Origin: Leucoraja erinacea
Taxonomy: Eukaryota
Direction: 5' to 3'
Assembly (NCBI RefSeq): GCF_028641065.1
Contig: NW_026575268.1
Coordinates: 1 to 57,745 of the forward strand
Length of the DNA: 57,745 nt
Shown: positions 46,304 through 57,745 of the stretch, piece by piece
How positions within the stretch are numbered: the stretch's first letter is position 1
Layout of the letters: each line of letters opens with the position of its first letter
Notes under the pieces: model-generated
What the model was told of the DNA's origin: nothing
What the model saw: the letters and a program-made list of their open reading frames with translations, nothing else
The model's database searches: none
Position numbers and translations under genes: made by a program

Positions 46304-48670
46304 GCTGCATACTGCCATTAGCAAACAACAGATGCACAACCCCGAGGCAGCCTTCATTGTTGCGGGTGACTTCAATCACTCCAACCTGAAGACAGTACTC
46401 CCCAAATTCCACCAACATGTATCCTTCCCCACTAGAGTAGACAAGACACTGGACAAAGTCTACACCAACATGGCTGAAGCTTACAAAGCCATCCCCCTCC
46501 CCCACCTTGGTCAGTCTGATCACGTCTCATTGTTCCTGCTCCCTAAGTACTCCCCACTCATCAGACGGGTTAAACCAACTGTGAGGACAGTTAAAGTCTG
46601 GTCAGAGGAAGCGGACTTCACACTTCAGCAGTGTTTTGGAAACACTGACTGGAAGGCGTTTGCAGCCCAGGCCACCCTTGACTCTCACACGGACATTGAT
46701 TCCTACACATCCTCTGTTCTGGACTTTATAAACTCCACCATCAATAGTGTCACCTCCCTCAAACAGGTGACCATATACCCGAATCAGAAGCCATGGATGA
46801 ACAGCGAGGTCAGGCTACTGCTGAAAGCACGGGACACTGCTTTCAGGTCAGGCGATGCTCGAGCCTACAGTTCATCCAGGGCTAACCTGAAGAGGGGCAT
46901 CAGGAAGGCCAAGCACTGCCATAAGCTCAGGATTGAGGAGCACTTCAACAACAACTCCGACTCCCGACGTATGTGGCAAGGCATCCAGGCCATCACGGAC
47001 TACAGACCCTCCAACATCACCCCCACATCCAGCGACGCCTCCTTCCTTGAGGAGCTTAATCACTTCTATGGCCACTTCGACAGGGACAATCTAGAGACAG
47101 CCATCAAGGCTGTGCTATCTGCCGATCACCAACCCCTCACACTCACCCCCTACGACGTGTACGTGGCACTGAGTAGGACTAATGCACGTAAGGCTGCTGG
47201 CCCTGACGGCATCCCCGGGCCGTTGCTCAGGGCCTGTGCTGCGCAGCTGACAGACGTCTGGACTGACATCTTCAACCTGTCACTTGCCCAAGCAGTTGTC
47301 CCCACTTGCCTTAAAACCACCTCCATCGTGCCAGTGCCAAAACACTCCACTGCGGCAAGCCTCAACGACTTCCGCCCAGTTGCACTTACCCCCATCATCA
47401 CCAAGTGCTTCGAGAGGCTGGTCCTGGCACACCTCAAAAGCTGCTTACCCCCCACACTGGATCCCTATCAGTTTGCCTACCGCAAGAACAGGAGTACGGA
47501 GGATGCCATCTCAACGGCGCTTCACTCCGCCCTCTCCCACCTCGACAACAGAGACACTTACGTAAGAATGCTGTTCATCGATTACAGCTCAGCATTCAAC
47601 ACCATTATACCATCAAAACTGATCACCAAACTCGGTAACCTGGGCATCGACCCCTCCCTCTGCAACTGGATACTGGACTTTCTAACCAACAGACCCCAGT
47701 CTGTGAGGTTAGACAAGCACACCTCTTCAACCCTCACCCTGAAACACCGGCGTTCCACAGGGCTGTGTGCTGAGCCCCCTCCTCTACTCCCTCTTCACCT
47801 ATGACTGCACACCTGTACATGGTACTAACACCATCATCAAGTATGCAGATGATACAACGGTGATTGGCCTCATCAGCAACAACGATGAGCTGGCTTACAG
47901 GGAGGAGGTCCAGCACTTAGCAGCATGGTGCGCTGACAACAACCTGGCCCTTAACTCCAAGAAGACCAAGGAGCTCATTGTAGACTTCAGGAAGTCCAGA
48001 GGCGGCACGCACACCCCCATCCACATTAACGGGACGGAGGTGGAACGTGTTTCTAGCTTCAGGTTCCTGGGAGTCAACATCTCCGATGACCTCTCTTGGA
48101 CCCACAATACCTCTACTCTGATCAAGATGGCTCATCAGCGTCTCTTCTTCCTGAGGAGACTGAAGAAGGTCCATCTGTCTCCTCAGATCCTGGTGAACTT
48201 CTACCGCTGCACCATCGAGAGCATCCTTACCAACTGCATCACAGTATGGTATGGCAACTGCTCTGTCTCCGACCGGAAGGCATTGCAGGTGGTGAAAATT
48301 GCCCAACGCATCACCGGTTCCTCGCTCCCCTCCATTGAGTCTGTCCAAAGCAAGCGCTGTCTGCGGAGGGCGCTCAGCATCGCCAAGGACTGCTCTCACC
48401 CCAACCATGGACTGTTTACCCTCCTACCATCCGGGAGGCGCTACAGGTCTCTCCGTTGCCGAACCAGCAGGTCGAGGATCAGCTTCTTTCCGGCGGCTGT
48501 CACTCTACTCAACAACGTACCTACGTGACTGCCAATCACCCCCCCCCCCCCCGGACACTTATTATTATTTATTCAAATCGTTTGCTATGTCGCTCTTCCA
48601 GGGAGATGCTAAATGCATTTCGTTGTCTCTGTACTGTACACTGACAATGACAATTAAATTGAATCTGAAT
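46304..48670 (+). mobile_element. Rex1/Babar LINE, 5'-truncated, one frameshift at about 47745
   Basis: EN and RT ORFs 46233-47804 and 47767-48528 (KYADD); (GAATCT)n tail; possible CGGA TSD; empty site at about 7735-7745. Confidence 0.93.
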
Positions 48671-49279
48671 CGGACAGACCAGCAAGCTATGATGCTGCTG
48701 GATAAATGATTTCTATAGTGGTGCATAAGCAGAAATTGATAGTCACTGGAGAGCTGCTAAAATGCTTTGTTATTCTGAAGAAGTAGAGGCGCTGGTGTGG
48801 CACCTTAGCCCCAGTAACAATGTGGTTGTACCAGGACAAATAGTTGGTGATATGTTTGGAGAATCTGCTTCTTTTCCCCACCAAATATGATCATTTTATA
48901 TTCAGATGGACAGTCATCCAGCCAATAAATGGAGCCTTTGGCCCACCACATTAATGCTGATCTTTTTGCCCATGTATATTAATCCCATTTGCTAGCATTG
49001 GGACTTCATCTTTTATGCCTTACTTAGTTATCCATCTGTCTAAATGTCTCTTAAACACGGTGACTGTATCCGAGTCCACCTTCTCTGGCACATGATTCAG
49101 GCATCAATCAATCCCTGTGTAAACAAAACCTTCAGATTTCCTTTAAAATCCACGTGCCTTACCTCAAACCTGTACCCTCATGTTTTTGAAACACCGGCCA
49201 TGGGAAAACAATATTGACTATTTACCTATTGAACTATTTACCCTTCCATGTGTTTCATAACCTCATATACATACAGCCA

Positions 49280-50045
49280 TCAGGTTATTCCTCAGTCTCC
49301 TTCGCTGCAAGGACAACAAGACCAGCCTCTCCAAGCTCCCCCCATGGTTCAAGTCCTCCAGTCCAGGCAACATCCTGCTGAATTTCCTTTGTACTCTCTC
49401 CAGCAAAACCACATCCCTCCTGCAGTCTGGTGACATTTACTGTTCAGCCAAAATAAACCACTGTGCACTTGTCCAAGTTAAGTTCCATCTGCCATTCCTT
49501 GGGCCTCTGTCCCAGCTGATTTAAATCCTGTGGCAATCTTAGATAACCTTATTCACAGTCGACTGTACCACTAATTTATTATTCATCAACCAAGGCAATC
49601 GCATACTCATGCAAATCATGGACGTAGATGATAATCAACAGTGGATGCAGCACTGATCCCTGCAGCACACCACTGGTCATAGGCCAAACTCTAAAACAGC
49701 TCGACACAACCACGTCTATAGCCAGTTTTCTATTGATTGAATAGCTCACCCTGGATCCCTTATGGTGTAACTTCTGGACCTGTGTACCATACATGACCAT
49801 GTCAAAGGCCTTGATGAAGTCCACGTGGCAACATCTACTGCCCTTCCCTCGCCAATTTCCATGGTACCTTTTTCGAAAAACTCAGTCAAATTCTTGAGCC
49901 ATGATTTCTCATGCAAAGAACCATCATGACTGTTCCTCCTCAGTCCATGCCTTCCCAAGTGCAAGTGGATCCACTCATAATCCCCACCAGTAACTTTCCC
50001 ACCACTAACATTAGGCTCACTGGTCTGTAGTTCCCTGCCTTTCCC
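49280..50045 (-). mobile_element. Old degenerate CR1 RT fragment
   Basis: NLTEFFEK, DFIKAFD, SGVLQGSVLHP. Confidence 0.75.
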
Positions 50046-50056
50046 GAACTGTCTTT

Positions 50057-53000
50057 ATAACCATATAACAATTACAGCACGGAAACAGGCCATCTCGGCC
50101 CTACAAGTCCGTGTCGAACAATTATTTTCCCCTAGTCCCACCTGCCTGCACTCATACCATAACCCTCCATTCCCTTCTCATCCATATACCTATCCAATTT
50201 ATTTTTGAATGATACCAATGAACCTGCCTCCACCACTTCCACTGGAAGCTCATTCCACACCGCTACCACTCTCTGAGTAAAGAAGTTCCCCCTCATATTA
50301 TCCCTAAACTTCTGTCCCTTAATTCTGAAGTCATGTCCTCTTGTTTGAATCTTCCCTATTCTCAATGGGAAAAGCTTGTCCACATCAACTCTGTCTATCC
50401 CTCTCATCATTTTAAATACCTCTATCAAGTCCCCCCTTAACCTTCTGTGCTCCAGAGAATAAAGACCTAACTTATTCAACCTATCTCTGTAACTTAGTTG
50501 TTGAAACCCAGGCAACATTCTAGTAAATCTCCTCTGTACTCTCTCTATTTTGTTGACATCCATCCTATAATTGGGCGACCAAAATTGTACACCATACTCC
50601 AGATTTGGTCTCACCAATGCCTTGTACAATTTTAACATTACATCCCAGCTTCTATAATCAATGCTCTGATTTATAAAGGCTAGCATACCAAAAGCTTTCT
50701 TTACCACCCTATCTACATGAGATTCCACCTTCAGGGAACTATGCACAGTTATTCCTAGATCCCTCTGTTCAACTGTATTCTTCAATTCCCTACCATTTAC
50801 CATGTACGTCCTATTTTGATTTGTCCTGCCAAGGTGTAGCACCTCACATTTATCAGCATTAAACTCCATCTGCCATCTTTCAGCCCATTTTTCCAAATGG
50901 CCTAAATCACTCTGTAGACTTTGGAAATCCTCTTCATTATCCACAACACCCCCTATCTTGGTATCATCTGCATACTTACTAATCCAATTTACCACACCTT
51001 CATCCAGATCATTGATGTACATGACAAACAACAAAGGACCCAACACAGATCCCTGAGGCACCCCACTAGTCACCTGCCTCCAACCCGATAAACAGCCATC
51101 CACCATTACCCTCTGGCTTCTCCCATTCAGCCACTGTTGAATCCATCTTGCTACTCCTGCATTTATACCCAACAGTTGAACCTTCTTAACCAACCTTCCA
51201 TGAGGAACCTTGTCAAAGGCCTCATTAAAGTCCATATAGACAACACCCACTGCTTTACCCTCATCAATTTCCCTAGTAACCTCTTCAAAGAATTCAAGAA
51301 GTTTAGTCAATCATGAACTTCCAGGCACAAATCCATGTTGACTGTTCCTAATCAGACCATGTTTATCCAGATGCTTATATATATTATCTCTAAGTATCTT
51401 TTACATTAATTTGTCCACCACTGAAGTCAAACTAACAGGTCTATAATTGCTAGGTTTACTCTTAGAACCCTTATTAAACAATGGAACAACATGTGCAGTA
51501 CGCCAATCCTCGGGCACTATTCTCGTTTCTAATGACATTTGAAATATTTCTGTCATAGCCTCTGCTATTTCTACACTAACTTCCCTCAATGTCCTAGGGA
51601 ATATCCTGTCAGGACCTGGAGACTTATCCACTCTTATATTTTTCAAAAGTGTCAGTACTTCTTTTTCTTTGAATCTCATAGTATCCATAGCTACTCTACT
51701 TGTTTCCCTTACCTCACATAATTCAATATCCTTCTCCTTGGTGAATACCAAAGAAAAAAAATTGTTCAATATCTCCCCCATCTCTTTTGGCTCTGCAGAT
51801 AGCTGTCCACTCTGTCTCTCCAATGGACCAATTTTATCCCTCGTTATCCTTTTGCTATTAATATAGCTGTAGAAACCCTTTGGATTTACTTTCACCTTAC
51901 TTGCCAAAGCAACCTCATATCTTCTTTTAGCTTTTCTAATTTATTTCTTAAGATTCTTTTTACATTCCTTATACTCCTCAAGCACCTCATTTACTTCATG
52001 CTGCCTATAATTATTGTAGATCTCCCTCTTTTTCCGAACAAGATGTCCAATTTCCCTTGAAAACCAGGGCTCTTTCCAATTTTTACTGTTTCCTTTCAAC
52101 CGAACAGGAACATAAAGATTCTGTACTCTTAAAATTTCCCCTTTAAATGTCCTCCATTTCTCTTCTACATCTTTCCCATAAAACAAAATGTCCCAGTTCA
52201 CTCCTTTTAAATCATCTCGCATCTCATCAAAGTTAGCCTTTCTCCAATCAAAAATCTCAACCCTAGGTCCAGTTCTGACCCTCTCCATAATTATATTGAA
52301 ACTAATGGTATTGTGATCACTGGACCCGAAGTGCTCCCCAACGCATACCTCCGCCACCTGTCCCGTCTCATTTCCTAACAGGAGGTCCAGCACTGCCCCT
52401 CCTCTAGTAGGTACCTCTATGTATTGCTGCAAAAAACTATCCTGCACACATTTTACAAACTCCAAACCATCCAGCCCATTTACAGAATGTGTTTCCCAGT
52501 CTATGTGTGGAAAATTGAAATCTCCCACAATCACTACCTTGTGCTTACTACTAATATCTGCTATCTCCTTACATATTTGCTCTTCCAATTCTCGTTCCCC
52601 ATTTGGCGGTCTATAATACACCCCTATAAGTGTTGCTACACCTTTCCCACTTCTCAATTCCACCCAAATAGCCTCCCTAGATGAGCCCTCCAATCTATCC
52701 TGCCAAAGCACTGCTGTAATATCTTCCCTGACTAAGCAATGCAACACCTCCACCTCTTGCCCCTCCAATTCTATCACACCTGAAGCAACGAAATCCTGGA
52801 ATATTTAGTTTCCAATCACAGCCCTCCTGCAACCACGTTTCACTGATCGCCACAACATCATACTTCCAGGTGTCTATCCAGACTCTAAGCTCATCCACCT
52901 TTCTTACAATGCTCCTAGCATTAAAATATGCACATTTAAGAAACCCCCCCTATTCTCTCTTTATTTCTTTTTTTTTTTCTTTTCTTTCTCTTTGTGTCCG

Positions 53001-54436
53001 AGTGCTTCCCTTTTCTACTTCCTGCCTCCCATTCTGTCTACTAGCTTTCGCTATTTGAGTCCCTCGCCCCAACCATTCTAGTTTAAAGTCTCCCCAGTAG
53101 CCTTTGCAAATTTCCCCGCCAGGATATTGGTCCCCCTCGGGTTCAAGTGCAACCCATCCTTTCTGTACAGGTCCCACCTTCCCCAAAAGAAGTCCCAATG
53201 ATCCAGAAACTTGAATCCCTGCCCTCTGCACCAGTCTTTCAGCCACGCATTTATCCTCCACCTCGCTCCATTCCTACTCTCACTGTCGCGTGGCACAGGC
53301 AGTAATCCTGAGATTGTTACCTTTTTGGTCCTTTTCCTTAACTCTCCTCCCAACTCCCTAAATCCTCCCTTCAGGACCTCTTCCCTTTTTTTACCTATGT
53401 CATTGGTACCTATATGTACCACGACCTCAGGCTCCTCTCCCTCTGATTTAAGGATATCTTGGATGCGTTGAGACACGTCCGAGACCTTGGCACCAGGGAG
53501 GCAGACCACCATCCTGGTCTCCCGACTGCGTCCACAGAATCGCCTATCCGACCCCCTAACAATAGAGTCCCCAATTACTATTGCCCTCTTTTTTTCCCTA
53601 CCTTTTGGAGCAACAGGGCCGGTCTCTGTGCTGGAGGCCCGTCCGCTGTCACTACCCCCGGGTAGGCTGTCACCCCCATCCGTACTCAAACAGGAGTACT
53701 TATTTGTGAGGTGTACCGACATTGGAGTACTCACTCGTTCCTGCCTCTGCCCCTTGCCCTTCCTTAGCGTGACCCACATGTCTCTCTCCCGTGGTTTTGG
53801 AGTGACCACCTCCCTATAACTCCCCTCTATGACCTCCTCGCTCTCCCTGATCAGACAGAGGTCATCGAGCTGCTGCTCCAGGATCCTAATACGGTCCCTT
53901 AGGAGCCCCATCTTGCTGCACCTGGTGCAGATGTGGACGTCTGGAGGGCCATCCGACACCATGACCTCCCACATCTGACATCCAGAACAGTACACTGCTC
54001 TGACTGTCATTCTCCCGCCTTACCCTGGATCCGATACAAGTACAATACAATAGAAACTGCTGGGAGAAATCAGCAGGTATCTGACTCACAACAGCGTCTC
54101 CCTCGTGACCTTTAAACTGCACCTTTGTTATATAAACAAAAAGCACTGTACCTTTAGCCCACTGTACCTTTACTAAAGCAGTGCACCTTTAACCAGAAAG
54201 CACAAATGCTAACCTGAGGTTGCACCCAATCAGCTGCTTCTAGTCTGCTTCCACCAATCAGCGGCTTCCACCAGAACCCTCCCTATGGAGTGTGGAACTT
54301 TACGGATTTTGGTAAAAGTCCTGACAATCCTCCACACTCTCCAACGGTCCCGGGCCTCTGTGAAAACAAGCCCTGCGCCCGATTTAAGTACTCACCGCCC
54401 TGACCCTCCTCCACACTCTCCAACGGTCCCGGGCCT
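50057..54436 (-). mobile_element. Full-length CR1 LINE (5' UTR, ORF1, frameshifted ORF2, 3' tail)
   Basis: ORF2 pieces 52695-52898, 51941-52777, 51401-51907, 50132-51310 (KYADD); 29-bp direct repeat in the 5' UTR (54330 and 54409). Confidence 0.93.
53078..54010 (-). CDS. CR1 ORF1p: zinc finger, leucine zipper, SGNH/GDSL esterase
   Basis: CSGC...CTRC; heptad leucines; IVIGDSIVRG; HIGTND; DGLHLN. Confidence 0.92.
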   Translation of the reverse strand: MTVRAVYCSGCQMWEVMVSDGPPDVHICTRCSKMGLLRDRIRILEQQLDDLCLIRESEEVIEGSYREVVTPKPRERDMWVTLRKGKGQRQERVSTPMSVHLTNKYSCLSTDGGDSLPGGSDSGRASSTETGPVAPKGREKKRAIVIGDSIVRGSDRRFCGRSRETRMVVCLPGAKVSDVSQRIQDILKSEGEEPEVVVHIGTNDIGKKREEVLKGGFRELGGELRKRTKKVTISGLLPVPRDSESRNGARWRINAWLKDWCRGQGFKFLDHWDFFWGRWDLYRKDGLHLNPRGTNILAGKFAKATGETLN

Positions 54437-57400
54437 CATGACAAACAACAGTGGACCCAACACAGATCCCTGTGGCACCCCACTAGTCACCGGTCTCCAA
54501 CCTGACAAACAGCCATCCACCATTACTCTCTGGCGTCTCCCATTCAGCCACTGTTGAATCCATCTTGCTACTCCTGCATTTATACCGAAAAATTGAACCT
54601 TCTTAACCAACCTTCCTTGAGGAACCTTGTCAAAGGCCTCATTAAAGTCCATATAGACAACATCCACTGCTTTACCCTCATCAATTTCCATAGTAACCTC
54701 TTCAAAAAATTCAAGAAGATTAGTCAATCATGAACTTCCAGGCTCAAATCCATGTTGACTGTTCCTAATCAGACCCTGTTTATCCAGATGCTTATATATA
54801 TTATCTCTAAGTATCTTTTCGATTAATTTGCCCACCACTGAAGTCAAACTAACAGGTCTATAATTGCTAGGTTTACTCTTAGAACCCTTTTTAAACAATG
54901 GAACAACATGCGCAGTACGCCAATCCTCCGGCACTATACCCGTTTCTAATGACATTTGAAATATTTCTGTCAAAGCCTCTGCTATTTCTACACTAACTTC
55001 CCTCAATGTCCTAGGGAATATCCTGTCAGGACCTGGAGACTTATCCACTTTTATATTTTTCAAAAGTGTCAGTACTTCTTTTTCTTTGAATCTCATAATA
55101 TCCATAGCTACTCTACTTGTTTCCCTTACCTCACATAATTCAATATCCTTCTCCTTGGTGAATACCGAAGAGAATAAATTGTTCAATATCTCCCCCATCT
55201 CTTTTGGCTCTGCAGATAGCTGTCCACTCTGTCTCTCTAATGGACCAATTGTATCCCCTCGTTATCCTTTTGCTATTAATATAGCTGTAGAAACCCTTTG
55301 GATTTACTTTCACATTACTTGCCAAAGCAACCTCATATCTTCCTTTAGCTTTTCTAATTTCTTTCTTAATTCTTTTTACATTCTTTATACTGCTCAAGCA
55401 CCTCATTCACTCCATGCTGCCTATAATTATTGTAGATCTCTCTTTTTCCGAATCAAGTGTCCAATTTCACTTGAAAACCAGGGCTCTTTCCAATTTTTAC
55501 TATTTCCTTTCAACCGAACAGGGACATAAAGATTCTGTACTCTTAAAATTTCCCCTTTAAATGTCCTCCATTTCCCTTCTACATCCTTCCCATAAAACAA
55601 AATGTCCCAATTCACTCCTTTTAAATCATTTCGCATCTCATCAAAGTTAGCCTTTCTCCAATCAAAAATCTCAACCCTAGGTCCAGTTCTGACCCTCTCC
55701 ATAATTATATTGAATCTAATGGTATTGTGATCACTGGACCAGAAGTGCTCCCCAAGGCATACCTCCGCCACCTGACCCGTCTCATTTCCTAACAGGAGGT
55801 CCAGCACTGCCCCTTCTCTATTAGCTACCTCTATGTATTGCTGCAAAAAAACTATCCTGCACACATTTTACAAACTCCAAACCATCCAGCCTATTTACAG
55901 AATGTGTTTCCCAGTCTATGTGTGGAAAATTGAAATCTCCCACAATCACTACCTTGTGCTTACTACTAATATCTGCTATCTCCTTACATATTTGCTCTTC
56001 CAATTCTCGTTCCCCATTTATCGGTCTATAATACACCCCTACAAGTGTTGCTACACCCCCCCACTTCTCAGTTCCACCCAAATAGCCTCTCTAGACAAGG
56101 CCTCCAATCTATCCTGCCAAAGCACTGCTGTAATATCTTCCCTGACAAGCAAGGCAACACCTCCACCTCTTGCCCCTCCAATTCTCACACCTGAAGCAAC
56201 GAAATCCTGGAATATTTAGTTTCCAATCACAGCCCTCCTGCAACCATGTTTCACTGATCGCCACAATATCATACTTCCAGGTGTCAATCCAGGCTCTAAG
56301 CTCATCCACCTTTCTTACAATGCTCCTAGCATTAAAATATGCACATTTAAGAAACCCACCGCCTCTTATTCTCTGTTTATTTTATTTTTCTTCTTTCTCC
56401 CCTAGATTTTGGGTCCAAGTGCTTCCCTTCTCTGCCCCCTGCTTCACACACTGTCTGCTAGCTTTCTCAATTTGAGTCCCTCCCCCCAACTATTCTAGTT
56501 TAAAGTCTACCCAGTAGCCTTTGCAAATCTCCCGGCCAGGATATTGGTCCCCCTTGGGTTCAAGTGCAACCCGTCCTTTCTGTACAGGTCACACCTTCCC
56601 CAAAATAAGTCCCAATGATCCAGAAACTTGAATCCATACCCACTGCACCAGTCCTTCAGCCACGCATTTATCCTCCACCTCGCTCCATTCCTACTCTCAC
56701 TGTCGCGTGGCACAGGCAGTAATCCTGAGATTGTTACCTTTTTGGTCCTTTTCCTTAACTCTCCTCCCAACTCCCTAAATTCTCCCTTCAGGACCTTTTC
56801 TCTTTTTTTACCTATGTCATTGGTACCTATATGCACCACAACCTCAGGCTCCTCTCCCTCTGATTTCAGGATATCTTGGACGTGTTGAGACACATCCGAG
56901 ACCCTGGCACCAGGGAGGCTGGCTACCATCTGGGTCTCCTGACTGCGTCCACAGAATCGCCTATCCGACCCCCTAACTATAGAGTCCCCAATTACTATTA
57001 CCGTCCTCTTTTTTTCCCTACCTTTCTGAGCAACAGGGCCGGTCTCTGTGCCGGAGGCCCGGCCGCTGTCGCTACCCCCGGGCAGGCTGTCCCCCTCAAC
57101 CATACTCAAACAGGAGTACTTATTTTCAAGGTGTACAGACACTGGAGTACTCACTCGTCCCTGCCTCTGCCCCTTGCCCTTCCTAAGCGTGACCCACATG
57201 TCTGTCTCCCATGGTTTTGGAGTGACCACCTCCCTATAACTCCTCTCTATGACCTCCTCACTCTCCCTGACCAGACAGAGGTCATCGAGCTGCTGCTCCA
57301 GGATCCTAATATGGTCCCTTAGGAGCCCCATCTCGATGCACCTGGCGCAGATGTGGACATCTGGAAGGCTATCCGACTCCATGACCTCCCACATCTGACA

Positions 57401-57445
57401 TCCAGAACAGTAAACTGCCCTGGCCCTCATTCTTAAGTAAAGGCA
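54437..57445 (-). mobile_element. Second CR1 copy (3'-truncated in RT) directly abutting the first
   Basis: Collinear with 51020-54010; ORF2 broken. Confidence 0.92.
56507..57430 (-). CDS. CR1 ORF1p (second copy)
   Basis: MRARAVYCSGC...VIGDSIVRG...DGLHLN. Confidence 0.88.
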   Translation of the reverse strand: MRARAVYCSGCQMWEVMESDSLPDVHICARCIEMGLLRDHIRILEQQLDDLCLVRESEEVIERSYREVVTPKPWETDMWVTLRKGKGQRQGRVSTPVSVHLENKYSCLSMVEGDSLPGGSDSGRASGTETGPVAQKGREKKRTVIVIGDSIVRGSDRRFCGRSQETQMVASLPGARVSDVSQHVQDILKSEGEEPEVVVHIGTNDIGKKREKVLKGEFRELGGELRKRTKKVTISGLLPVPRDSESRNGARWRINAWLKDWCSGYGFKFLDHWDLFWGRCDLYRKDGLHLNPRGTNILAGRFAKATG

Positions 57446-57745
57446 CCACATTAGTCTTCCAGTACCTCAGCCTTGCCTAACAGTGATACAAATATCTCTG
57501 CAGATCCTCTGGATTTTCTTCCCTGGATTCACACAATGTTCAAAGATACCCTTGATCAGATCCCAGGGATTTACTCTTCTTTATGCAGTATAAGACCACC
57601 AGTGCCTCTTTCCAGATTGAACGTAGAACAGTACGGCTCCTTCAGCCCACAATGTTTGTGCCAAACATGATGCTGATTACACTGATTTCATCTGCCTGTA
57701 CATGATCCACACTTCTCTATTCCCTGCACATCCATGTGCCTATCT

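Overview
This window is a eukaryotic, transposon-dense replication-dependent histone gene cluster. HE1/V-SINE, CR1 and Penelope repeats and the H1/H2B tail style suggest a cartilaginous fish, probably a skate or ray (inference). Histone genes: H4 (partial at 2-271; complete at 42000-42311), H3.2 x2 (one with a C-terminal frameshift), H1 x2, H2A, an N-terminally extended H2B, an H2A pseudogene and an H4 relic. All intact genes carry a 3' stem-loop and HDE. An H1-H4-H3 unit is duplicated (about 3.6-8.3 kb and 38.5-49.2 kb). The rest is CR1, Rex1/Babar and L2 LINEs, Penelope pieces with minimal hammerhead motifs, Helitrons, SINEs and a GC-rich structured non-autonomous retroelement. Main discovery: a P-element-like DNA transposon family (~34-bp TIR starting CAAAGATCTTATAGC, 8-bp TSDs all starting GT) has hit this cluster at least five times, as two full MITEs and three TIR-retaining excision footprints. 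One footprint adds 10 in-frame codons to the H2B tail; another puts a stop codon in H2A. Second: a near-full-length L2 LINE carries a captured H2B histone-fold fragment and a 4E-BP-like YDRQSLL motif in its N-terminal leader. All alignments were done by eye; no database searches were run.
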